From: Harriotta raleighana
Taxonomy: Eukaryota
Length of the DNA: 64,000 bases
Assembly (NCBI GenBank): GCA_050575255.1
Contig: JBNZDD010013632.1
Coordinates: forward strand, 2,054,480 to 2,118,479
Direction: 5' to 3'
Each line of letters starts with the position of its first letter. The stretch's first letter is position 1. Under the pieces are notes generated by a model. The model worked only from the letters and a program-made list of their open reading frames with translations. It had not been told where the DNA came from and did not search any database. This document shows positions 52,756 through 64,000 of this stretch, one piece after another. Position numbers and translations under genes: made by a program.

Positions 52756-52927
52756 CTCTGTCCACTCATTGTTTTGTGCATCGTAAGACTCGACAGTATT
52801 TAAGTAAGTCTGCCCATCATATCCTCCCACCGCGTATAGTCTGTCTCCAAGGAGACACATCCCAACAGCATCTCGCGATATACTTAAAGAGGTCACAGTT
52901 GTCCAGGTATCTGTTTTAGGATCATAT
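52756..52927 (-). CDS. KLHL4: KLHL4 coding exon (Kelch repeats), 172 nt
   Basis: Acceptor ttttttgttcacgatag|A, donor GAG|gtaaga. Translates [57 protein letters not shown]. Confidence 0.96.
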
Positions 52928-52994
52928 CTATCGTGAACAAAAAAAGTTATCATCAAAATTCTGAAGAAATCTTTGTGTCAACCTGCTAAACCGC

Positions 52995-53311
52995 GACTGT
53001 TTGTGGTACACTGCTGTGCGCAATTTGGCTGCAGCGTTTTCACCCACAAATATATAGGTTTTTATCCTGCTCTCCTTCCCCCTACCCCGACCCCTCCCTT
53101 TGCCATCTTTCCCCCCTTTCTCCCCTAACCCCACTTCCATGACTGTTGGGGGACACTGCTGTGCGCAATTTGGCTGCCGCATTTCATTTTCCTACTTTCC
53201 TTCCCCCAACGCCTCCCCCCCCCCCCCCGCTCTGATTCCTACTTGACTGTTCAGCGCCTTGGGACATATTCCTGATGTGATAGGCGCTATATAAATGTAA
53301 TTATTGATTGA
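52995..53311 (+). mobile_element. L2-type 3' end with tandem 146-bp units (sister of 16165-16616), antisense in a KLHL4 intron
   Basis: Cores at 52995 and 53141, shared spacer tctttcccccctttctcccctaaccccacttccat, and tail ataaatgtaattattgattga. Confidence 0.78.
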
Positions 53312-54037
53312 ATAAATGCACTTTTGGGAGAAAAGAGAGTCTTATCAATTAACTTTCTGTACTGTGACTCCCTTAATTTTCCCTGCTTGTATCGTAATGA
53401 TAATGTACAAAAGGGAAAAGAGGAAATAAGGATGATGTTCCCAACAAACAGAATCTTTGACATGCAGTGAAATATTCTAAAAATGCAGTGATGGACAGAG
53501 ATGGATAGGAGATAAATTACAATGGAGCCCTACTCCTCCTTAGACCACAAGGGGGAGAAGTTACTTGGCGAAACAGTATACAGTATACAGATTTGCACAC
53601 AATGAACACAGCAAGTGTGAATTTCCCTTTTTACTGGGCTTTCTCCTCTCCTTGCATGCTCCTTTCTGCACTGTTCCCCCTACCCCCAAAACACTGAATT
53701 AACCATGAACTTTATTATTGAATATTATTAAGCCATTGATTAAAAGCCATGAATAATACAGTATTAACAAACTGACCCCATGCACTTTGCAGCCTGTATC
53801 ATCACAAAACATTGCTGCCTCTTTCGAACTTGAAATAGATATCTATTTTGAAGAAAGCTGATATCTATTTTGAAGAAAGCTGATGTAATTCTGCCGATAT
53901 TTGTAAACAAATCTGCCTTAAATGCTGAGCTCTGTATCAGTGACATTAACTAACCCATGCAAAAATGCCAGATTTTGTTTTATAGAAAACTGCTTGATTT
54001 CTCCTTTTATTGTCGTCCACCTGATTGAATAATGAAC

Positions 54038-54341
54038 TAATCCTTGCATTTAATATAGCGCTTCTCACGTCTTCTAGACATCTCACAGTGCTTCACAGAA
54101 TTTACTGTAAAGTAAATTGACTGTATTGTATATTTCTGGGCGAAACGCAGCAGCTAATTGCGCACAGCAGTGCCCCTCAAATAGTTGTAGATTACATGAC
54201 CAAATTCTTATTGTTTTTTACTGAAGATTATTATCAGGTGTGTGGAGTAAGGAAACTTGCCCAAGGTTTCGCCCTGTTAGGAATCGAACCCAGGTCTCTC
54301 ATTTGCGAGGCGAATGCTCCAACCACTGAGCTGCAGGACTC
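54038..54341 (-). mobile_element. Full-length tRNA-SINE in a KLHL4 intron
   Basis: Reverse strand reads gagtcctgcagctcagtggttggagcattcgcctcgcaaatgagagacctgggttcgattcc, with intact A and B boxes. Confidence 0.92.
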
Positions 54342-54416
54342 CACATTTCTGAGCAGAATCAATATTCCTATCCCCCTCCTGGTTCGGTCCCAGTAACCAT
54401 TGCGGATGCTTCTTAC

Positions 54417-54629
54417 CGCTCAACGCAATCTGACAGCCGAGAGCAGTGGTTTGAAGCAGGGGCATCATGCCCTCCCACTGCATAAAGGAAGCCATTGCAC
54501 GTGGCCACCCCCACTCCCCCTCTGCGTTTGGACATCGGCGCACACATGCTCCATTTATTGGTGTGGGGATCAAAACATTCCATCGACCGTAGACAGGAGC
54601 TCCCATCACGTCCACCTACAGCGTAAAGC
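54417..54629 (-). CDS. KLHL4: KLHL4 coding exon (Kelch repeats), 213 nt
   Basis: Acceptor ttttgcag|G, donor GAGCG|gtaaga. Translates [70 protein letters not shown](R). Confidence 0.96.
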
Positions 54630-55287
54630 CTGCAAAACACACCCAGCATAATGTGCCGTCAATCAAGAGTTTTTGGTCAGGTGGGTGTGGAAACCCGTCA
54701 TCATAGTTCATGACTGAGAGGTCTAGATACAACAACAACAGAATTACACTCGTATAGTGGACGTCAGAGGACGTCTCAAGGCGCCGGACAGTTACACATG
54801 CACATGGAAAATTCCCTTGCTTGTTTGAGTAGATTTACATTAGATTTCATGTTTTGCTAAACAGTTTAACTCGCTGCTTGTCAGCAAGCTGTTGTAAGTT
54901 TCCAATTGGAAGTAATTGAACTCCACTTGGTAGTTTCATTCCCTTAAATGTTTTCAATTCTGCTCTTTTTGCTGCCGAACATTGAGCAAGANTAAAGGCC
55001 AATCCAGGTGAAGTCTCAGTAAATCCTTAACTATTTGTGCCATTTAATGTGATTGATTCATCTGAAATTAAGGAATGGAATAGTAGCCTGTCGCTGTTCA
55101 GTGGAATGACAAGTGATGTAAATGATCCACAGCTCTCCACAGCTCAATTAAAATCAGAGCTGGTCCTGTTTGTCCAGCATTTGGTCTTGAGTTAAAATTC
55201 TGCACCTGTATTACAGACCACTTCGCCAACCCTTCTTGACTTGGTGCAAAGCTTTCACCAAGGCTTTCTGCAAACACAGCTACTTAC

Positions 55288-55450
55288 TTGCCATTTAATG
55301 CTGCGACACCCACTGTGCTTCGTGGAGTTGACATGCTTGCAACGTAGTTCCATTGGCGGGCTTGTGGATCCCATCTTTCTACTGTGTTAAGGTAACTCCA
55401 TCCATCGTGTCCGCCCACTGCATACATTGGCCCTTCAAGTACTGCTACTC
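55288..55450 (-). CDS. KLHL4: KLHL4 coding exon (Kelch repeats), 163 nt; absent from the ORF track
   Basis: Acceptor atttcag|GA, donor GGCAA|gtaagt. Translates (G)[53 protein letters not shown](K). Confidence 0.96.
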
Positions 55451-57282
55451 CTGAAATACCCAATAAAGTTTACAATCTCTCTCAAAAGATTACTTTCGCA
55501 GCATATCGGAAAAAAATCATGCCTCCATCAAGTCATAGTTTATCTTTGAGTATATGAATTAAGCAAGTTCATTGTGGTTTGATCTTAGTCTTCAGAATTT
55601 ACTGAACCAAAGCAAGATGGATACAAATGGATACTTTTTGTGGTCAAACCAAATATACTGTATGTTCACTGTGTATTTTTTCTGTATTTAACCAAATACA
55701 CAGAAACTAAATCCAGGTGGTAAATTCAATAATCCAAACATTGAAGTTGTGATCACCCAGTTCTGCATGACTAATTTTCAAGCTTATGTGCATCTTGGGA
55801 TGTCCTTCTGACATGAAAGGCACTATACAAGTGTAATTTTGTTGTTGTTGAATACGGTATCTTATTTGGCTAAGAAATACAATTTTTTACATGTCATGGT
55901 AACATGAAAATGCGTCTAACATGGAAACAGAAAAATAACCCAACTACCCATCTGCAACAGATACCTTTTGTTGATGGCTTAATGGAAGATATAAAGCAAT
56001 TGTACTAATTGAGTGGTGCATTAAAATAATGGCTATTCACTTAAGTGAGAACGGTTCTGTATTCTGCTTTAATATGGGTCAATGAATTAGTCATCGGTCA
56101 CAGGATGCTTTTTGAAGTCAATTGGCATCAATTATTAATTGTTCTTTCGAGAGAAGTCATAACCACACTCACAAACAAGCTATTTATGGTTTGCTCTTCC
56201 ACCCCTTCCATGCCTTTTCCATTCTGCTATTTATATAATCTAACAAATTATAATATTGCCGTAAAAACTCTAAAAACTGTGGCACAACGGGAATTTCCAT
56301 TTGAAAAGAATGAATATGTTGGACATGTATTACATCCAAAATGCACATCAGGAAAATGAACATGTTATAGAAACCAACTACAGTACTTATGAAATGATTA
56401 AAATCATTCCAACTGTAGCAGATAGTGGTTTTTGCTGCAAATCAACTCTTACTTTAGTTTTGTGTAATTCGTGACTTTCTGATCTATATTCTATACAATC
56501 TGAAATTATATATGGTATCTTAGTATTTGATATTTTATTAAATCTGCCTCAAACACACTGATTATCTCAGGATTAGAAGCACACAGGTATCTTCAAGCAA
56601 GAATGCGGGACATGTTATGCATTGATTTGTGTCTGGAACTGGTTTATGGAAGAACATAAAAAAGCATGGAATTAAAAAAGGCTACTGTTTCACATGATAC
56701 AAACTCCATCTCCAGTACCATGAGTAACCTATTTTATTGCAGACTTCACTCTACTTAATTAGGTGGTCCAAGCAATACCCTTCAGCATCCTAAACTGAGA
56801 AAGTGGGTGTCCAGTAATCTTTTCCAGAATTTCTAGTCAGTACTTTCAAAGCCCCCTGTAGTTGTCAATGTGGACAGTCAAAATTTAGACATGAAAAATG
56901 GCTTTTGGGGAAAATGGCAGAAAGCTGTCCTTCAGATAGGAAAGAATAAGACGTAGAGGTGAGAGGAAAGTGTGTGTAAAACTGCAGCATTTCCATAAAT
57001 ATCCTCAAAATCAGTACACAGACCTATTAACAATCGTTAAACGCGAAACTACTTGCTTTCAGTGTGATTGTCTTTTCCTGAAATTAATTTTAATCCAGCA
57101 AATTCCAGATCTGGATGTTTCAGTTTCCATCTGAGAGATCTTAGATGTTATGTCTACAAAAGAACCCAATGGTCTCAGCACAAAGTGTTTTCCTTCAAGC
57201 TTTTAGCAGAAGATGTCTCAATAAATGCCTCAACTGCTTCTCAATCTTGTTTTTTCATATGATGGAACAATTATTTCTCTTT

Positions 57283-57417
57283 AACTGCTGTGTGCAATTG
57301 TTGCTGCGTTTCGCTCAGAAATATATAGTCAATTCACTTTTCAGTATATCTGTGAAATGCTTTAAGATGTCTAGAAGACATGTAAAGCACTATACCAAAT
57401 GCAATGGATATTATTAA
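57283..57417 (+). mobile_element. tRNA-SINE 3' part in a KLHL4 intron
   Basis: actgctgtgtgcaattg ... gatgtctagaagacatgtaaagcactataccaaatgcaatggatattatt. Confidence 0.8.
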
Positions 57418-59133
57418 TATTAACTTCAAACAAATTAAGGACACTACATAGTCGGCATCCAACAGACTATAATCCCTATTGATCTGCGATTCCAGAATTC
57501 ATTTGCTGAACGATCTGATCACTAAATTATGAATGAGAACAGAGTAGTTATGAATGACAAACTATTCTGTTAGATGTGTTTTTTTGATAAGACCCAGGTG
57601 GCTGGCCCACTGCTACCTTTGTCAAATGATTTAGCCCTTTGTAATACAAATCTAGACCCATCTTAATATCTGTGCTTTCACAGATATTTCACAGACTTGC
57701 TGAGGAACCACATCATCTCACATCGTTGGATTTTTGTGTATCTCGGAGACACGAATCACCTGGTGTTTGAACATTATTTTAATTGTCATATTGAATTATT
57801 TTCAGTGTTGCAGCACATAAATGAAAGCTTATTGAGACTATCAGCTCAAGGAGATGCATGTTTCTGAAAACCTGGTGGCAGTTTGAAGATTGATCCTAAG
57901 AATTCTCACTTTTAAATTTGCACAACAGCTGCACACATTTTAATATATTTCTCTTGCTCACTATGATCGGACAAGTCAGTTAGCAAGTACCTCGGGAATT
58001 TTATTTCAACAAAAACTATGACAGTAGTTCATTATAGATTTAGATGGTGAGTAGATTTACATCCTGAAATGTAATTAGTTATCATAATCAATCTTGTGTT
58101 ATTCTTTATTGCTAANACGTACATTTAGATGGTGAGTAGATTTACATCCTGAAATGTAATTAGTTATCATAATCAATCTTGTGTTATTCTTTATTGCTAA
58201 TTCTATTGTCAGATTCTAACAGTGTATTTGTTGGCTTGACTGCTCTTGATCTTTTATATAATTTATGTGTAATAATGTGGAGGTCTGACTTAACTGTCTT
58301 TTAAGCAGTAAACTTAATCACCACTGTAGCTGCCAGCATAACCTGAGGTAAGCAGCCTGGGAATGTGACTACTCCAAAATTAGCAGATATGAAAAATGGG
58401 AGGCTTATCCTTCATTGGTAATTATTGCCGTGCTTCTGTCACCTACTTCAATCCAGACAGACTGATTTGTAGCTGAAGTAGTATTCAATATTCTCCTTGC
58501 AGCATTTCAATTACATTGCACATTGCAAGGCAATTTGGTGCATTTCAGATTTCCATCAGAAAACTATTTTTAATCATAGTAGTGCAGTTTAATAGTGAAC
58601 AAAATTTACCTGCTTACCCCATCACCAAAATAAATTGCAGTGATGTAAATAAAATATATATTTTTAAAACTACATTCCCTAAATTTCTTATGAAATATTC
58701 TTTCATCCCTAGCTTCAAATCGAAATGCTGTCTTTTTTGCCCTGAAAGTCATACAGTATTCTGATAACAGACCCAAGCTTGGATTGTGATGATAAATAAG
58801 ATTATGTCAAAGAGCATAAAAATCAGGGCCTCTAATTGATCAGAGAAAATGTAGGTAGAAATGCTTTGTCACAATGGCAAAAGTCTTGGCTGAGTTGCAG
58901 ATTTGTACAGTATATAGAACCTCATTGGGATTTTGAACGATAATATAAATTTGTGTTTCATACATCAATGACAATTTTGTGAGACTGATATTTGTGAGGA
59001 ATTTCCCACAAACGAACATTACCTTCAGATAATATTCTGATGCATCTGTGCCAGATGCATACATGGAAAATACTTTGTGGATGAGTTTTATAATTAAACA
59101 CCTGCTTACAAGTCAGAACTGTGTTTCACATAC

Positions 59134-59358
59134 CTAGGCCATGTCGGTGGGTAGACATTGGTGGCATTATAGACCAGACCTTGGCTATTGGGTTGTAGCA
59201 TTCAACGGTGTTAGATGTTTTTAATCCATCCCTGCCACCGACCACGTACAGGTTATTGTCTATTACTGCTACTCCAAACTGCAGCCGTCTTCCATTCATA
59301 GTGCCTATTTGTATCCAAGTGTTTGTTCGAAGGTCATATTTTTCTATTGTTGTGGCAC
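59134..59358 (-). CDS. KLHL4: KLHL4 coding exon (Kelch repeats), 225 nt; not shown on this strand in the ORF track
   Basis: Acceptor tttctacag|GT, donor CTAG|gtatg. Translates (G)[74 protein letters not shown], with Kelch GG/Y/W/R motifs. Confidence 0.96.
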
Positions 59359-59933
59359 CTGTAGAAATGGCACATCAAATGGGTGTACAATAGATTTTCA
59401 TCCTTGTTTAGGTTCAGTGGGGCAGGTTTCAAGAGTTGAAGGAAGTTTTCAAAATGATGAACATGACCCAATCAACTTTACAATTTATCCTGCAAAGTGC
59501 TTTGAGACATCCTCCTCACGTGAAAGGCGCTTTACCAAATGCACAGATTCTTATCATTATCTGGTATCTGAAGAATTAAAGGTGACTCTGTTAGTGAAAC
59601 TAACAGCAGATTTACCAGGTTTACTCCCAACTCCCTCCATAACCCATAAATGTGATGTTATGTTTCTGGAAGGGAAACACAAAATATTGCTTATGCGCCC
59701 CGCGGATGTTGTTCAAATAGGGTACCCAGCTCTCAGCAGCCAAAAGGCTGCACCACCCTGGATTAATTACTTGGTAATCATTTATTTTTCAACAACAACA
59801 ACAACAAAATTGCATTGAAAGAGCGCCTTTCACGTCAGGAGGACGTCCCAAGGAGCTGAAGTGTAGTGGTCATGTTGGTGCTAATTTTATCCGCCTCACA
59901 CACATGGTTCACATGTTCAGTGGTTCTACATAC

Positions 59934-60120
59934 CCTTTGTGGTATCCATTCCTCCAACAGCATAAAGTGCTCCTACTGTAGACTTGCGTGGCTTTGTTCT
60001 GGGGCTCTGCATCATGGGCCGTCGCTCTGGCAACAAATGATACCTCATAGCTTCCATCAGGAGTTTCTGACAATCCAAATCGTCAGCAAACATCGGATTA
60101 TTTTCCAAATCTGCTAAAAG
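59934..60120 (-). CDS. KLHL4: KLHL4 coding exon (IVR and start of Kelch 1), 187 nt
   Basis: Acceptor actttatcag|CTT, donor AAGG|gtatgt. Translates [63 protein letters not shown], in frame with both neighbours. Confidence 0.96.
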
Positions 60121-60394
60121 CTGATAAAGTGTTTGAGTCCGTCAGTCACCATTGCTATATTTACAGTTCACAATCTCCATACATGTTAAATATCTATTTA
60201 CAAATCTCAGGAATTCAGCCAACTAACAATAAATCTGATCTGATGTAAAGTAGCATTTAACGTCTACTGAAAAAGAAACCAAACATGGCATCAACATATT
60301 AATAATGGCATTTCTTATTCTGGTAAAAAGAATTGTTCTTGACAAGGCAGCAAAATATAGAAAAGACAATAAACCCAATTTGCTGCCTTTTTAC

Positions 60395-60607
60395 CTGTGG
60401 AGGAAGTAGCGGGAGTCTAATGTAAGACAAGAGCATCGCCAGATTTTGTTGCCTCTTCTGTAAATCGTGTTTTATCCACATCATTAGAGCATGAAATATG
60501 GTTTCCTCATCAGGAACGTTGATGTCATCGCTGGCGAGAAGCTTCTCAATCTCACTGGCTGGAAGCAGAAGGAATTCTTGATTCTTTATCACTTCCAAGA
60601 AATGTTC
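60395..60607 (-). CDS. KLHL4: KLHL4 coding exon (BACK domain), 213 nt, phase 0-0; first exon visible in the window
   Basis: Acceptor ttttctctag|GAA, donor CAG|gtaa. Translates [87 protein letters not shown] and [14 protein letters not shown] fit KLHL4 better than KLHL1/KLHL5 as I recall them. Confidence 0.96.
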
Positions 60608-63600
60608 CTAGAGAAAAAAAAATCAATGAAAATCATATAAGCAGCGACAAATATTGGTGACATTAAATATGAATTAAAAAAGTGCTCAACTTACAGTTTA
60701 CGAATTCCCACCCATCCCCTATGTATTTCTATTTTGCCTTTTGCCCACAAAATACAGTCAATCCACTTTACAATATATTCGGTGAAGCGCTTTGAAACAT
60801 CGCCCTGATGTAACAAGGCGTTATATCAAATGCAGGGATTATCATTATTATTAACATAATTGGCTCTGCTGCGGATACGCCATTAAGTGAAACTTGTTTG
60901 AGTTCTCTTTACATCTATTTCTGGGAGCATCTGCATTTGCATCTTTGCCAATTTGATTAAGTCTTCCTGAGTAAATTGTGGCCATATCATTCACTCCTTG
61001 GCTGTTTGTGGGCCTTTGCTGCATCCAAATTGGCTTCTGCTTTCGCCCACAACACATGCAGTCATACACTTGACAGCTATGAAGCATTTTGGAATGTTCT
61101 CCCATCATAAAAGGCACTACTCCAAATGTAAGGATTATTTTGTCATTCAGCTGGAAGATAGCAGTAAACATGCAGAATTTTACAGCACAGAAGGAGGCCA
61201 TTTGGCTCCTAATCTTTGAAACAGCTACCGACTAGTCCCACTCACCCACTCTTACTCCAACTCCCCGCAATACACACCATTTCTTTAAGTGACTGTGTTG
61301 GACATGATGTGAGTTTGGAGCTTGAAAGGGGAGGCTTGAAACAAGGGAAACAAGGCGACTTGTTCGTGACTCTTCATTTTTGATAATTACAACGAAATGC
61401 AGACCAAACCTGTGCTGCAGGAAAATTTGTGATTGAGATTTTGTGAGAACCATACACTGATATATTTTTGTATGCAGTACCTGCCTCTCTCTCATTACTA
61501 AAGAAGTCACACAGTATTCGGTGAAACACGTAGGTTTTGCCACGGTTGCAAATGCAGCTCAATCTTATTAGGGCTGCATTTATTCATTTTTGGTCCATTG
61601 AGTCATTCGGATCGAGCATCTCAGTCAATCAATAAAGCAAAGCAACCAGAAATTCATATCCTGAGGTGGCGACAGCCTTGGCACTTCAATTTACTGTGTG
61701 CGGGTGCATGATGGATGAGAAGCAATTAAAATATTAAGCCCGTGATGAGGGCATGATTCAAAATGTGTTGTAACCTCTGTATCAGTATTTGCTATTAGTA
61801 AATGCATCTTATTCATTAGCTGCAAGCTGATTATGCAAAAAAAAATGCTCATAATCCACTTCAATATTCAAAGGCATTTACTTGTTTAATTGTATTGATG
61901 AGCACACTTGCAATTCAGAGTTGTTTCAGGAACCCTTCACACAATTTGACAGAACAACAAAATAGTTGATAAGGTTAAATTATTTTTATTCACATCATTC
62001 TTAAACAGTTATCTTCGGGATCTTTTTATTCTGGCAAGAGTTAAAAAAAAATCTATGACTAAATGATTTTATAAATTACGATCAGGAATTGTACTCTTAT
62101 TGCCTGGAATGAATGGAGATGGTATTTTTTTTCCCAAATTCCACCTCAGTTATCATTCAGTGACTTGATTGCCACTTCCATATTGTGAATCAATCTTCAT
62201 AGTCAGATTTCAATGCTTATAAATCAACTCTGACAGACATTCAGATTAAAATCTGCGCTGGTTTTGATATACTCCTTACTCACTATTCCCATGGTAATAT
62301 TTTCCATGGAAGTGTATTTGACACATATTGCTCACTTCATTTCGAGACATCAACTCTTCTGTTGGAGAAAAGGGTTTGTTGAACTGATCAGGCACTCACT
62401 GTGTCAAGTTCTAACTTATTTTCATCTCTGTGTTGCATAGTCCTCCCTCCCCATGAACCAGCACCAAAATAAAGACTTACATACCGGAATAGAAAGTGAC
62501 TAAATCCTCCAGATTTCACCTGTGTGCTCACTCACTATCAACATTGTACTTCCAACAATTGCAATGATTATTAAGTACAACAACAAAAACAAAGTTACAT
62601 TTGTATAGCGCCTTTCACATTGGGAGGGCGTCCAACTCTGGACAAGCTCATTTTTTTGGCTTGGATTTTTTAGCTCAATGCCTTGTTTACTTAACAGATT
62701 TGATATTCAGCAAATTTATTTTGGGTCACATGTGGGTTATTTTTGTACTGGGCTTTCATCTCATCACATGGGTTTGTAGGAAAATGACAAGCAATGGGTG
62801 GAGGTGGGGTTGGGGGTAGGGATGGGGAACAGGCAAAGCTAAAAGTGCTGATTCCAAAAGTGACAGGGGCTGGGAGCTATTATCCACATCCTCTCGCTGT
62901 GTTTTTTGTCTGGAAAATAGGAACCGGAAGCTTCGTCCATTTCAGTTTACAAAAATAGGCAAAACTGTTTATCAGGATGGGCTTTGCCTGAGCGAGAAAG
63001 ATACAGAGACAGGAAATTGTTAATAAGGTCTTGCATTGTCATGTCCACAAGTGAAGATATTAAACAGGATGTGCTTATATTTTACTGACCAGATTCCATT
63101 TTTCTGCCGCTGAAAATTCCTGTGTGCACGACAGCAATGAAAATCCCATTAAAATATAACTGAGTAAGGTTTGGCTTAATGAGCAAAATATGACTCCGTT
63201 TATTGTCCTCTATTCCATGGGTGGTAGTGCTCCACTTTTCTGACCCAGTTATAGCAGATGAAATGCTTGTGGTCGCTCTGCACTACATCAGGAAATTCCC
63301 ATTTGTAATCTGTTTACTTTAAAACGTAACACAGACAGTGTGGATTTATTTCCTCTGACTTGCCTGCACAAGTCTTTGAAGCTGTGCTGCAGGACAGTGG
63401 CAAGAACAGAGACGGTAAAAGTAAACCATGAGAAGATACAATTTGCGATTACATTTGAGTTAAGCTCAAGTTTGTGAAAAGAGCTGGTTTGAAGCTGCCC
63501 CAGATTTTAATTCAATAGTTAATTCAATGCCAGTGCACATGGCAGACAAAAAAAAAAGTAATAGAAATGTCCCGACCATGGTCTTAAAATTACAAATTCA

Positions 63601-64000
63601 ACCAAAGTCCAAATTGCTCCTTGGACATTTTAGGTATTTGCTTTCCATTGAAATTGATCAATTTCCTCTCATCCACTAATACTGAAATCCAATTGTACAG
63701 AACTATTAAATCACAACACGGGTAGCTGCAACCATTATGAGGGTTAGTTTGTTTCAGGTTTTTTTCTGATTGTGACTGAGGAATCCCTTAATGCGTACGC
63801 TGGTGGCAAATGTTGCCCTGAAACCAGGCAGTGAAAGGAAACCCACCAAAGACATGGGCCTTTTCAGATTCTGAATGGACTGGATTGCAAGTAGGAGCTG
63901 AGCTAAAAATCCTATGATCTGGATTGAATTGGATTTCCAACGTTACAAAATGTTTTCTTATGCTGTGATGGGCTATGAATTGACGTGTAAAGTCTGATCT

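Noticed and set aside
53833-53884. 22-bp tandem duplication with a 16-bp palindrome (similar small duplications at about 32322 and 48177)
   Set aside because: Ordinary slippage or repair microduplications with no further structure.
58038-58200. About 78-bp tandem duplication in a KLHL4 intron
   Set aside because: Separated by an N at 58116; assembly artefact.
59309-59818. Longest ORF in the track (169 aa, plus strand)
   Set aside because: Antisense to KLHL4, runs through an intron and a SINE tail, and has no recognisable domain.
62796-62828. G-run cluster able to form a G-quadruplex (also about 52152-52178)
   Set aside because: These lie in C-rich L2 3' UTR remnants on the opposite strand and are explained by the repeat.

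Overview
This is eukaryotic, AT-rich, intron-containing vertebrate DNA. The repeat complement (L2, CR1, tRNA-SINEs, Deu-domain SINEs, Penelope-type short repeats) suggests a cartilaginous fish, possibly a holocephalan; the taxon is an inference. The only protein-coding gene found is the 3' part of KLHL4 on the minus strand: seven GT-AG coding exons (60607 down to 51998) splice in frame to 410 aa (BACK domain end plus Kelch repeats, ending GRAGACIVVVKLP*). A probable 3' UTR runs to about 48700, and the upstream exons lie beyond the window. Positions 1 to about 48.7 kb are a gene-free, repeat-rich interval, and nearly all ORF-track entries there are spurious. Notable observations: (1) a four-level nest at 27.2-29.0 kb, where a 5'-truncated CR1 insertion carries two pieces of DNA copied from its own neighbourhood; (2) minimal hammerhead-ribozyme cores in Penelope-type repeats; (3) both copies of one TA-target MITE sit in or against another MITE family; (4) an L2 tail forms the 3' splice-site region of the last KLHL4 exon. 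No new multi-gene system is supported. Several apparent tandem duplications flank single N characters and are assembly artefacts.
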